Counted from the first letter of the stretch, positions 1 to 8,451 are shown. The stretch is 32,000 nt of DNA from Candidatus Velamenicoccus archaeovorus (GCF_004102945.1 NZ_CP019384.1:780001-812000); one strand, 5' to 3'. Notes: generated from the sequence alone by a model not told the origin. A program made the numbers and translations.

Positions 1-359
1 ACGGAAGGATCATCATTACGACTCCGAATCTGTATTATGAAAAATACCTTCAACCGCTTAAAATGGCGCTGGATCTTCCATTTCGATTTTTAAAATGGAC
101 ATTCCGGGTCATAAGGGGCAAGTATCGGCCCAAAAGTGCCGGAGAATTCCTAGAGAATGCGTTAAAGGTCAGGGTTGTTGGAAGAGGCGAGGCCGGCAAG
201 GCCTTGCATGTCAATGTTTCCACGCCGCGCAAGATCAGGGTGATGCTTAAAGATTTTAAAGTGGATATTTGGTGCGAAGATCCGTCGTGGGCGCCCATCA
301 GCCTTATCGCAAAAAAATGGTGGGGAAGGCAGATTGTTGCTGTGGCGCAGTACAAATAA
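1..359 (+). CDS. 3' end of an unidentified protein-coding gene (open to the window edge)
   Basis: The frame of the 63..359 ORF stays open back to nt 3 (..GRIIITTPNLYYEKYLQPLK then MALDL..), so the gene probably starts upstream of the window. No family recognised. Confidence 0.4.
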   Translation, partial: GRIIITTPNLYYEKYLQPLKMALDLPFRFLKWTFRVIRGKYRPKSAGEFLENALKVRVVGRGEAGKALHVNVSTPRKIRVMLKDFKVDIWCEDPSWAPISLIAKKWWGRQIVAVAQYK

Positions 360-425
360 TTTTTTTGGTCCAAATGTTTCATAATTGGAATATAAAATTT
401 ATAAAATGAAACAAAAGGAGGAATT

Positions 426-1247
426 ATGAAAAGTTGGCGAAGTGTAGAACGATGGGGTGTATTTTTGATCTTGAGTTTTCTGTGGACATCGGAAGTGTCA
501 GCGGCGATTCCACGAGCGATTAATTACCAAGGGCGCTTGACGGATTCAAGCGGGATTCCTTTAACAGGCGCCTATGATGTTACTTTCAAGATTTATGATG
601 CGCAAACAGCTGGAAATCTATTGTGGCAGGAGACGCATGCCGGAGTTGTTGTGGACAAGGGGCTGTTTAATGTGATCCTGGGATCTGTTTCTGGTTTGAA
701 TATTGCCTTTGACAAGCCGTATTATCTTGAGATCAAAGTTGGTAGCGAGGTTATGGTTCCCAGACAACAAGTCACAAGCTCCGGTTATGCCATACGGTCG
801 GAGATCGCCGATGATTCTGTTAAGTTCTTGGGTAAAGGCTTAGGTGATTTTGTTCTTTCCGGCGATATTACGGCAGTACCGACGGCCAATAAGGCAGTAA
901 AGCTCGACGGTAATGCGAAACTGCCTACAGCGGCCTTGAAGACATTTGATAGCGGTTGGTTCGTGGTCGTCCGTAACGCAGCTTATCTGAAGACGCATAA
1001 CCTGGGGACAACGAAATGTATCGTCGTCGGTTATCTTGCTGAAAATAGTGATGGCTCCGGCAGATTTGCTTGGGGGCTAGGACAGAACCAGCAGTATGGC
1101 GGCGGCGTTTTTGTTGCCGAGATGACGCCGACGACTGTAACCATACGGACCGATCCAGATCATTTGGGCAGTGTCAGAGACAAAAATGGCAATGCCTGGA
1201 ATCCGACGTCTGGTTACGTAAGAATTATTATGTGGGCACTGGAATAA
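426..1247 (+). CDS. Secreted protein with a tail-fibre-like N-terminal repeat motif
   Basis: Strong SD (AAAAGGAGGAATT-ATG). Signal peptide ends ..EVSA|A. The N-terminal block INYQGRLTDSSGIPLTG..YDVTFKIYDA..LWQE..GLFNVILG resembles a module I recall from tail-fibre/adhesin-like secreted proteins. The middle has KLDGNAKLPTAAL. The C-terminal domain is not recognised. Confidence 0.75.
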   Translation: MKSWRSVERWGVFLILSFLWTSEVSAAIPRAINYQGRLTDSSGIPLTGAYDVTFKIYDAQTAGNLLWQETHAGVVVDKGLFNVILGSVSGLNIAFDKPYYLEIKVGSEVMVPRQQVTSSGYAIRSEIADDSVKFLGKGLGDFVLSGDITAVPTANKAVKLDGNAKLPTAALKTFDSGWFVVVRNAAYLKTHNLGTTKCIVVGYLAENSDGSGRFAWGLGQNQQYGGGVFVAEMTPTTVTIRTDPDHLGSVRDKNGNAWNPTSGYVRIIMWALE

Positions 1248-1298
1248 TAGAGAGATAGGTGCTGTTAAAAACAGTTGTATTAACAAGGAGGAAGGAAT

Positions 1299-1568
1299 AT
1301 GTCTTTTGAAATCAAGGTCAATAGGATCCATCGCCTGGATCCGCAAATCAGGAATATCAAGGCATTTGCGGATATCGAAATCAGCGGCGCAATTCTTGTC
1401 AAGGGGTTGCAGGTGTTGGATGGCAGGAATGGTCTGTTTGTTTCTATGCCGCGACAAAAAGGTAAAGATAATAAATGGTATGAAACAGTCAGGACGATGA
1501 CGCCGGAAGCGAAAGATAAAGTGATGTCTGTGGTTTTGGAGGCGTATGAAGCCAAGACGAGCGAATAA
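1299..1568 (+). CDS. spoVG: SpoVG family protein
   Basis: SD AAGGAGGAAGG upstream. 89 aa. Has the SpoVG pattern: KAFADIEISGAILVKGLQVLDGRNGLFVSMPRQK..KWYETVRTMTPEAKDKV. Confidence 0.9.
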   Translation: MSFEIKVNRIHRLDPQIRNIKAFADIEISGAILVKGLQVLDGRNGLFVSMPRQKGKDNKWYETVRTMTPEAKDKVMSVVLEAYEAKTSE

Positions 1569-1688
1569 CTAAGAGAGTTTGAGAGGTGCTCCGTTTAGGT
1601 GTCCGGGATTAACCCCGCAGTGGATGGATTTCTGTAATTTTATGAAGGCGGAGGGTTTGATTCCGTCTGATGCGCGGTTGAGGAGGAT

Positions 1689-1892
1689 ATGGCGATGCAA
1701 ACAGATAAGGCAATGATATTGAAAAGGCTCCAAGGCAGACGAAATGTGCTCAGAGAGAAGCTTAAAAAACATTTTAGTTCGGCTGTTTCTGAGCGGGATT
1801 ATAAGGAGTTTGAAAAGATAGTTGACGAGCTTGATGAGTTAAGAATGAAGATTCGTTTTTTAAAAATGGAGAATGTCGATGATAAAGGGTAG
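1689..1892 (+). CDS. Small charged coiled-coil protein, unknown function
   Basis: AGGAGG at 1681-1686. The ATG at 1695 is better spaced than the one at 1689. Helical, charged sequence. Its 3' end overlaps the start of the next gene, suggesting coupling. Confidence 0.5.
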   Translation: MAMQTDKAMILKRLQGRRNVLREKLKKHFSSAVSERDYKEFEKIVDELDELRMKIRFLKMENVDDKG

Positions 1893-3423
1893 GGTTTTGA
1901 TAAAAAAGCTGGGCCTTGCCGGCGTATTTTTAATCATGATGGGATTTTGGGGGTATTGTTATGTCTACGCCGGTGATTTTGAGCGTCTTGATTCAAGGGG
2001 ATTGGAGGGGCGCAAACCTTTGTCGATTAGCTCGGACGAAACGGGAGGTCAGGTTGTTTGGGTCGGGACTGATGGGGGTATTTTTAGGAAGGAACTTTCG
2101 AAAAACGGAGCATGGCAAAAGATTGTATTAGAGGATGTTGCCGATGTTCGTGTCAACCGCATAGAATTTTCTTCTTATGTACCTTTTGGATATGCCGCTA
2201 CTTCGAAAGGGGTATATGAAATAGATCCCGTTTCTTCCTTGACCTGCAAGATATATTCCAGCGACCAGGATGCTGAAAATGAATGTTATGGTGTGGCAGT
2301 TGACGTTGGCCAGAACATTTATATCGCCACAAAAGGAGGTCTCTTCGTGAGACCCGGGAAGGGAAAAAGATGGACAAAAAGCATTGCTGTCTTGGGAAAT
2401 AAGACGATTGATTATGTTTATGCCGCAGGAACGGTTCTTTATGTCGCGGCATCCGACGGGCTCTATCGATCGAGAGACAAAGCAAAAACATGGGAAAAAG
2501 TTTTTTCTTTGAGTACGGGTTCAAGCCGTGAGGAAGCGGCTGAAGATGAGGAAGAAAACGCCGAGGAAGGTGTGTCAAATCGTATTTATGCAGCCATGGG
2601 GGAGAAGGGGACGCCGTCCACGATCTATCTGGCAACATCGCTTGGGGGATTCCGGAGTCGGGATGAAGGAGAAACTTGGGAGTCGCTGCCTTTGACAGGA
2701 TTGGATTCAAAGGGTATTCTTGATTTGATCCTGTCTGTATCTCGAGGGGCACTGTATGCTGCGACAAAAAATGGAGTGTTTCGAATGGATGGGGATGGTT
2801 GGTCTGTGATTGCTCCATTAAATGCTTGCCATGGTCTGGTTTTGATTAATGAAAAGATTTTCGTCGCAACGTCTATGGGGATCTATGCTTTTGAAGTGAA
2901 TGATGGCAATGACGAAATCAGGATCTCTATAAACAAAGATACCAAACAAGATTCTGAATATGAACCAACTATCCAGGAAGTCCAGCAAATGGTCATACGA
3001 TATTGCGATGTCAGCAATGATAAGATTGCCTCTTGGCATAAAGAGGCCAGAGTTAAAGCGTTTTTACCGGATTTGTCGTTTGGATATGGCAATAATGTCT
3101 ACGGATCCTATAATGGGATTTTCGCCGTCGGTCCTAACGATTGGCAGGTGAATCTGTCCTGGGAATTGGGTGATTTGATATATTCCCCTGATCAGACAAG
3201 CATTGATGTGCGTTCACGTTTGATGGTGCAGTTGAGGAATGATGTGCTCGCTGAGGCAACGCAATTATATTATGAACGTAAAAGACTTCTGATTGAGCTT
3301 TCCGACGGTTTTTTAAGCTCAGAAGACCTTTCTAAAAGAAAAATCAGACTTGAAGAAGTTTCTGCGCTTCTCGATCGATTGACGGGAGGAACTTTTTCAA
3401 AAGTTTTAAAAAGCTCACCTTAG
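1873..3423 (+). CDS. Membrane-anchored/secreted BNR (Asp-box) beta-propeller protein with a TolC-like C-terminal segment
   Basis: Hydrophobic N-terminus. Asp-box motifs SRDKAKTW and SRDEGETW, plus degenerate copies (GKGKRWTKS, SKNGAWQKI). An acidic linker EEAAEDEEENAEE. The C-terminal ~140 aa (..WQVNLSWELGDLIYSPDQTSIDVRSRLMVQLRNDVLAEATQLYYERKRL..) resembles one repeat of outer-membrane efflux (TolC/OEP) proteins. The ATG at 1879 has better spacing from GGAGA (1868-1872) than the one at 1873. Confidence 0.8.
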   Translation: MSMIKGRVLIKKLGLAGVFLIMMGFWGYCYVYAGDFERLDSRGLEGRKPLSISSDETGGQVVWVGTDGGIFRKELSKNGAWQKIVLEDVADVRVNRIEFSSYVPFGYAATSKGVYEIDPVSSLTCKIYSSDQDAENECYGVAVDVGQNIYIATKGGLFVRPGKGKRWTKSIAVLGNKTIDYVYAAGTVLYVAASDGLYRSRDKAKTWEKVFSLSTGSSREEAAEDEEENAEEGVSNRIYAAMGEKGTPSTIYLATSLGGFRSRDEGETWESLPLTGLDSKGILDLILSVSRGALYAATKNGVFRMDGDGWSVIAPLNACHGLVLINEKIFVATSMGIYAFEVNDGNDEIRISINKDTKQDSEYEPTIQEVQQMVIRYCDVSNDKIASWHKEARVKAFLPDLSFGYGNNVYGSYNGIFAVGPNDWQVNLSWELGDLIYSPDQTSIDVRSRLMVQLRNDVLAEATQLYYERKRLLIELSDGFLSSEDLSKRKIRLEEVSALLDRLTGGTFSKVLKSSP

Positions 3424-3454
3424 TTTTTTCAAGAGTATAACCCTCTGATTTTTC

Positions 3455-3483
3455 TTGACTTACCTCACATATGTTTGTATAAT
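3455..3483 (+). promoter_or_regulatory. Sigma70-type promoter for the REC-OMP-HD-GYP-MshEN operon
   Basis: TTGACT (3455-3460), a 17-nt spacer, then TATAAT (3478-3483). AGGAG follows at 3505-3509 and the ATG at 3519. Confidence 0.7.
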
Positions 3484-3518
3484 TTATTTTCTTAGATTTT
3501 CATTTAGGAGCAAAGATT

Positions 3519-3884
3519 ATGCCCAAATTGATGGTGGTCGATGACGAAGAAGACGTCAGGGAATACCTCAAGAGTTATTTCAGAAGGCGCAAGATTGACG
3601 TTGTGACAGCCGAGAGCGGTGAAGAAGCCCTGAGCCTTCTTAAAAGCCTGGATCCTGATCTGATGCTTTTGGATATCCGGATGGGGGGCATCGACGGCAT
3701 TGAGACATTGCGCAGAATGAGGGAAGCCGGGAAGCAGACAAAAGTGATCATGGTGACGGGTGTCGAGGAGCAGAAGATACTGGACCGTCTGGCTGAATTC
3801 AACGTCCTGGCTTGCGTGCATAAGCCTTTGATGCTCGATGAGCTTGAAAAGCAGGTATTGCAGAGAATCGTTATCGATCCTTAG
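3519..3884 (+). CDS. Single-domain response regulator (CheY-like receiver)
   Basis: Acidic pocket VVDDEED, phospho-acceptor context DLMLLDIRMGG, VIMVTG and HKP motifs. 121 aa with no output domain. Confidence 0.9.
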   Translation: MPKLMVVDDEEDVREYLKSYFRRRKIDVVTAESGEEALSLLKSLDPDLMLLDIRMGGIDGIETLRRMREAGKQTKVIMVTGVEEQKILDRLAEFNVLACVHKPLMLDELEKQVLQRIVIDP

Positions 3885-3942
3885 TTCCGTTTACCAGAAT
3901 TCCCTGTCCGCCGTAAGCGGCGGGCGAGGGCTCCAGACATCT

Positions 3943-6714
3943 ATGTTGATGCTCAAAAGAACGTTGTCATTGTTGATCGTTGCTGCGATCATCATCCCGC
4001 CCCAGGCCGCTTTTGCTTTTTCTCCGACTTCCCAGTATCTCGTAGAGACAGCCATGACGTATTACAGCATGGGCTGTTACCAGGAAGCTCTGCATGAATT
4101 CAACAAGGCGCTTCTTGTCGATCCGGAGAATGCCGATGCCCAATATTATATCTCTAAAATAAATGCGACAAATGAAATGGTGGGTTCGTCGCGTAGCGCC
4201 GTCATTGCCGAAATGCTGGATGCGCAGGAGGGCGCGGCATCCCAAAAACGGGTTCAGGCAAGCCGCGAAGAGATTGTCAACCGTCAATTAGCGGAGTTCT
4301 CAAGAAGGCCGGGATCCGAGGCGGCGCCATCTGGCCGAGGGGCACAGCACGCCGGCGAAGAGGGCCTTTCGGGGCAGCAGGTTTCGGATTATGCGACTAT
4401 TTCAGGTGAATATCAGGCGGCCATGGGGGTGCGTTCGCCGGATGAGTTTATTTGGAAAGAAGCCAATGCCGATTTGAATGAGCGTAACTACAGGATTCTT
4501 TTCAGCGATACGCGTTATAACACGTTCGACCCCGCCATCTACGATCGCCTTCGTTTTATCATCGACACCAAGCCTCAGTCAGTTTCGGATGGCTTGTTGA
4601 CGGCCCACACCAATCTGACGATTGATCCCTGGAGTTTTACGGGGAAGTCCGACAAGTTCACGGTCACCGGCGCAGGCGGTGATGCCGTCGAGGTGGAATT
4701 GAAATACTGGTCAAATACCGGCAGGACCATCAATGAAATCTATAACACGTTGAGGAATGGCGACGGCCTGGCCCTGCCGGAAATCAAGGTGATTGATGGA
4801 ATGACGTCCCCAACGACCGTTACCTCTACCTTCAAAAATACGTTTACCATCCCATCCCAGAAGATTGATAGGACTTTTATGCCCATCAGGGAATTCTGGC
4901 TGGATTACAAGGAAGAGTCCTTGAGTTTTCGATTTTTCCCCATGGGCTTCCAGGATCAGGCGTTGACAAGCGACGATCCCCTGAATGTTTCCAATCATCA
5001 TACGTGGTGGGAGGAGAGTCCTTGGCTGGCGGATTGGAAGCCGGGGCAGTTGAATGCCGGCGCCACGCCCGTTGATTTTACAAAAGGCCAATGGGACGAT
5101 TCTCTGGCATTTTACACCCGCGACAGCGACGGGGTTCGCCTCACGGCTTTGAGGGGCGGGACGCTGGCCTATGACGGCATCGATTTTAAGCTAAGGTCCA
5201 CCATTGCCAGCCCCAAGAACCTCTGGGCGGATTATGACCAGTTCGAGACCTATGCGGCGGCGACAAGGATGACGTATGATCTTTTGTATAACGTCGGAAT
5301 CGGTTTTACGCATGCCGGACATTACGGCTTTAATGAGAGTAATTTAGACGGCCTAAACAATGTCTTTTCCTTGGACGGCAAGATGGAGCCGATCGTCGGC
5401 ACCAAGTTCGTGATCCAGGCGGCGACTTCGGAATCTTCTTACGACCTTTCCGACGATGTTTATGAAACCCATAAAAGTGGCCAGGCGTATTTCGTTTCCA
5501 TGGTCAATAGATGGCCCTCCGAAGATCTTTATGAGCAGGATTACGGCGCGGTCAGACGCAGCCAGGATGAGGCGTGGTTTTTGAAGAGCCGGTTGCGTGC
5601 CGTCCGCATGGCCCAGGGGTTTGATGCAACCCTGTCCAATTACAGCCAGACGAGGGATGATGAGTATTGGTCCCGTCATATTTCTTTCCGTAAGCACCCG
5701 TTGTACATTTACACGGGTCTGACCAAACCCATGAAGTTCGAGGATATCGAGGCCTTTGCCATCGGCGATGGCATCGACAGCGGTCGTTCCGTCGTCAGCT
5801 GGCGGCTAGAGGGGGAAAAGAAAATATTCGATCATTATCTCAAAGGTCTCTTTGATGTCCGTAACGTGCATAATTCCCAGACGGGCAGGTTCATCGAGAA
5901 TGTCGCGCGCCTCCAGATGGAATATCCTGTGACGGACAAATTAATGACAAAATTTCTTGGTATCCGTCATAATCTGCATAAGACGACGGCGGGCGTGGAT
6001 CCATTCATTTATAACGAAGACCTGGATGCGTATGTGGTGAATTCTTCAATCGTCGGCGGACAGGACCCCTCCCTGGGAACCGTTTCCGTAGGCCTGGAAT
6101 ACCAGGTGAATGAAATGGTTGCCGTGAATACGGTATATGAGCATACCAACGACTCGACGGTGGCCACGGACAATTATCCCCGGGGTCTGTTCAATGATTC
6201 CAGCTACACGACCTATGTCGAGAACGGAAAGGTTTACCGTGAGGCCATCCCCTTCCTTTACAGCCAACAGTATTTTCCCCTGCCCCCCTATGACTACTTT
6301 GATATTTATAAATTCGGCTTCAGCTTTCAACCAACTCCTCAGCTGGAATTCTATCTTGATCTTGCCATGAACCAGTTCAAAGAAGCCGGCCAGATCGACG
6401 ACAACATGAACCATTACGGCTTGGAGATCGCCTACGTCCCTACGGCCAAGTTGTCTTTTTTGTTCAAGTATGTCTATTCCCGGTGGATCGATATGCTGAT
6501 GCTGAATGCGACAGGGGAGAGGATCTTCGAGTGGCACAACAATTTTTTCCTTGAGACGCGCTACAAGATGGAAAAAGATGCGGAATTGATCTTCGATTAC
6601 GGTGTCGGTGGCATCACGCCGCTGGGGTCGTCTACTTATGATCCTTTCGGCGGTTCGCTCGCGGTACTGGACACTCAGCATATTTTTAGGTTATATTATA
6701 GAAAGAGGTTTTGA
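3943..6714 (+). CDS. Large secreted TPR-containing protein, putative outer-membrane beta-barrel
   Basis: Start taken at M36 of the track ORF because it begins a signal peptide (MLMLKRTLSLLIVAAIIIPPQAAFA|FS). TPR-like YYSMGCYQEALHEFNKALLVDPENADAQYY, then a low-complexity linker, then ~750 aa rich in aromatic and alternating residues. The C-terminus is ..HIFRLYYRKRF with a terminal Phe, which looks like an OMP beta-signal. No named family recognised. Confidence 0.75.
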   Translation: MLMLKRTLSLLIVAAIIIPPQAAFAFSPTSQYLVETAMTYYSMGCYQEALHEFNKALLVDPENADAQYYISKINATNEMVGSSRSAVIAEMLDAQEGAASQKRVQASREEIVNRQLAEFSRRPGSEAAPSGRGAQHAGEEGLSGQQVSDYATISGEYQAAMGVRSPDEFIWKEANADLNERNYRILFSDTRYNTFDPAIYDRLRFIIDTKPQSVSDGLLTAHTNLTIDPWSFTGKSDKFTVTGAGGDAVEVELKYWSNTGRTINEIYNTLRNGDGLALPEIKVIDGMTSPTTVTSTFKNTFTIPSQKIDRTFMPIREFWLDYKEESLSFRFFPMGFQDQALTSDDPLNVSNHHTWWEESPWLADWKPGQLNAGATPVDFTKGQWDDSLAFYTRDSDGVRLTALRGGTLAYDGIDFKLRSTIASPKNLWADYDQFETYAAATRMTYDLLYNVGIGFTHAGHYGFNESNLDGLNNVFSLDGKMEPIVGTKFVIQAATSESSYDLSDDVYETHKSGQAYFVSMVNRWPSEDLYEQDYGAVRRSQDEAWFLKSRLRAVRMAQGFDATLSNYSQTRDDEYWSRHISFRKHPLYIYTGLTKPMKFEDIEAFAIGDGIDSGRSVVSWRLEGEKKIFDHYLKGLFDVRNVHNSQTGRFIENVARLQMEYPVTDKLMTKFLGIRHNLHKTTAGVDPFIYNEDLDAYVVNSSIVGGQDPSLGTVSVGLEYQVNEMVAVNTVYEHTNDSTVATDNYPRGLFNDSSYTTYVENGKVYREAIPFLYSQQYFPLPPYDYFDIYKFGFSFQPTPQLEFYLDLAMNQFKEAGQIDDNMNHYGLEIAYVPTAKLSFLFKYVYSRWIDMLMLNATGERIFEWHNNFFLETRYKMEKDAELIFDYGVGGITPLGSSTYDPFGGSLAVLDTQHIFRLYYRKRF

Positions 6715-6747
6715 AGGGCCCACTCACGCTTAACAGCTTGGTTGCCT

Positions 6748-7929
6748 ATGAGGGTCAATTATAAAAAAGAACTGGAAGAAGCGGCGAGGAACATGATCCT
6801 TGTCCATAAGCCGCATACCCTCATCCGCATGATTCTGCGGACGATCGTGCGCAAAGTTAAGATTGAGCACGCAGGCACCCTCCTTTACGAAAAAACCCGC
6901 AACAGCTATATCGTTACCATCACTCGCGGCCAGGTTGGCGCAAAATTGCCGGCGGGCTTTATCCGCCTGGATCCCGATGCGCCGATCATCCGCTTTTTCC
7001 GCCACAAAGAAGCATACCTCAGTTTTTTTGAAGATGGCGCCTTGATCCTCAGCCGCGTCAATTATCTCCTGCAGAAAAAAGAGCTTTTCCATAATGATCC
7101 GGAAACGGAAAAGCTCCTGATTGCCATAAAATTTCAAATGAAGAGTTTCGATGCCGTTGTGAGCGTGCCATGTTATTTCCAGAATGATCTTCTGGGCGTT
7201 CTGATGCTGGGAGAGAAGGTCAGCAAGAAATGTTTCAAGGACGAGGAAATCGATTTTTTTATCGCCTTGGCCAACGACGTGGCCATGGCCCTGCGCAATG
7301 CCTTCCTTTTCGAGGATTTGCAGCTGGAGATTGAGCGCAATAAACGCCTGTTTTTTGAGACGACGATGGCCTTGGCGGCGGCGATCGACGCTAAAGACCA
7401 TTATACGCGCGGGCATACCAGTCGGGTGACGGAATACAGCCTGGCGATCGCCAAGCTGATTGCGGCCGATGCGAATGGAAGGAGCGACGATAAATTCTTC
7501 GAGGAGCTTCATATCGCCAGCATGCTTCACGATATCGGTAAAATCGGCGTGCCCGAGTCTATCTTGAACAAGAACGGTCCCTTGACGGAAGAAGAACGCA
7601 AAAAGATCAACGAACATTCCCTCATCGGCGCAACGATCTTGGGCCCCATCAAGAATCTGGATGGAGTGATTCTGGGCATCAAGCATCATCATGAGCGCCA
7701 TGACGGCAGGGGGTATCCGGAAGGCCTAGGCGGTGAGGCTATTCCCTATGTTGCCCGCATTATTTCCGTGGCGGATTCTTTTGATGCGATGACAACAGAC
7801 AGGCCTTATCGTAAAGCTTTTACGCGGGATTATGCGATCGTGGAACTTGAGCGTTGCAGCGGTTCCCAGTTCCATCCCCAGATCGTTAAGGCAGCCGTGA
7901 CCTTGTACAAAAGGGGGGAGCTTAAGTGA
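6748..7929 (+). CDS. GAF domain-containing HD-GYP phosphodiesterase (c-di-GMP hydrolase family)
   Basis: HD-GYP signature: HYTRGHTSRV..HDIGKIGVP..HHERHDGRGYPEGL..ADSFDAMTTDRPYRKA. The N-terminal ~190 aa are GAF-like (..LGVLMLGEK..). The track ORF starts at TTG 6742; the first ATG is at 6748. Confidence 0.9.
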   Translation: MRVNYKKELEEAARNMILVHKPHTLIRMILRTIVRKVKIEHAGTLLYEKTRNSYIVTITRGQVGAKLPAGFIRLDPDAPIIRFFRHKEAYLSFFEDGALILSRVNYLLQKKELFHNDPETEKLLIAIKFQMKSFDAVVSVPCYFQNDLLGVLMLGEKVSKKCFKDEEIDFFIALANDVAMALRNAFLFEDLQLEIERNKRLFFETTMALAAAIDAKDHYTRGHTSRVTEYSLAIAKLIAADANGRSDDKFFEELHIASMLHDIGKIGVPESILNKNGPLTEEERKKINEHSLIGATILGPIKNLDGVILGIKHHHERHDGRGYPEGLGGEAIPYVARIISVADSFDAMTTDRPYRKAFTRDYAIVELERCSGSQFHPQIVKAAVTLYKRGELK

Positions 7930-8375
7930 GCGCGATCCAGAATAATGACCGTTACATCGGTGCATTGTTGGTCAAAGACGGCGTCATTACAGAGGGAGAC
8001 CTGCAAAGAGGTCTGGATGAACAAAAGAAAAACCGCGATTTTCTGTGCACGATCCTTGTACGGCTGGGGATGGCCAGCGAAGAAAAGATATTTTCTATCC
8101 TGTCTCTCCAAATAGGCGTCCCTTATTTAAGTTTAAAAGAACTTGCTATCGATCCATTTATTGTCAATCGGCTGCCCGGCCATTTGGCGGCTTCTTGCCG
8201 TTGCCTGCCGGTTAAAGAGGTCGGCGGAACGATGTATGTCGCCATGGCGGACCCCCTGGATTCCCGGGTGATTGATGAGATCCGCAGCTATTTGGGGGTT
8301 GAACGCATCAAGGCTTTCCTGACAGGGGATGACGACTTGAGCTCGGCTCTCCAGAAATACTACCACCTTCCTTAA
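7926..8375 (+). CDS. Stand-alone T2SSE_N / MshEN-like domain protein (putative c-di-GMP receptor)
   Basis: The GTG start overlaps the HD-GYP stop (GTGA, 7926-7929). Two tandem 24-residue motifs, YIGALLVKDGVITEGDLQRGLDEQ and FLCTILVRLGMASEEKIFSILSLQ, are separated by the 5-residue spacer KKNRD. After them, ..LPVKEVGGTMYVAMADPLD.. is typical of the GspE/PilB N-terminal domain. No ATPase domain. Confidence 0.8.
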   Translation: MSAIQNNDRYIGALLVKDGVITEGDLQRGLDEQKKNRDFLCTILVRLGMASEEKIFSILSLQIGVPYLSLKELAIDPFIVNRLPGHLAASCRCLPVKEVGGTMYVAMADPLDSRVIDEIRSYLGVERIKAFLTGDDDLSSALQKYYHLP

Positions 8376-8390
8376 AACTCACAAATTATC

Positions 8391-8419
8391 TTGACAATCA
8401 GGGAATACAGGCATATACT
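8391..8419 (+). promoter_or_regulatory. Sigma70-type promoter of the marR-efflux operon
   Basis: TTGACA (8391-8396), a 17-nt spacer, then TATACT (8414-8419). Confidence 0.7.
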
Positions 8420-8451
8420 TAACTTTAGAAATAGTTAAGTTAGTTAACTAT
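8417..8451 (+). promoter_or_regulatory. Nested inverted repeats, probable MarR operator
   Basis: ATAGTTAA (8431-8438) / TTAACTAT (8444-8451) form a perfect 8-bp inverted repeat with a 5-bp spacer. ACTTAACT (8417-8424) / AGTTAAGT (8434-8441) form a second perfect inverted pair. The site lies between the -10 box and the SD of the marR gene. Confidence 0.6.

Noticed and set aside
3838-3942. Upstream extension of the large OMP ORF (track start at 3838)
   Set aside because: It would overlap the response-regulator gene by 47 nt and place 35 non-signal residues before an otherwise canonical signal peptide. The ATG at 3943 is preferred.
6730-7701. 323-aa ORF on the - strand
   Set aside because: It is entirely antisense to the GAF-HD-GYP gene, which has unambiguous catalytic motifs. 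It has no recognisable motifs and odd composition, so it is a shadow ORF.
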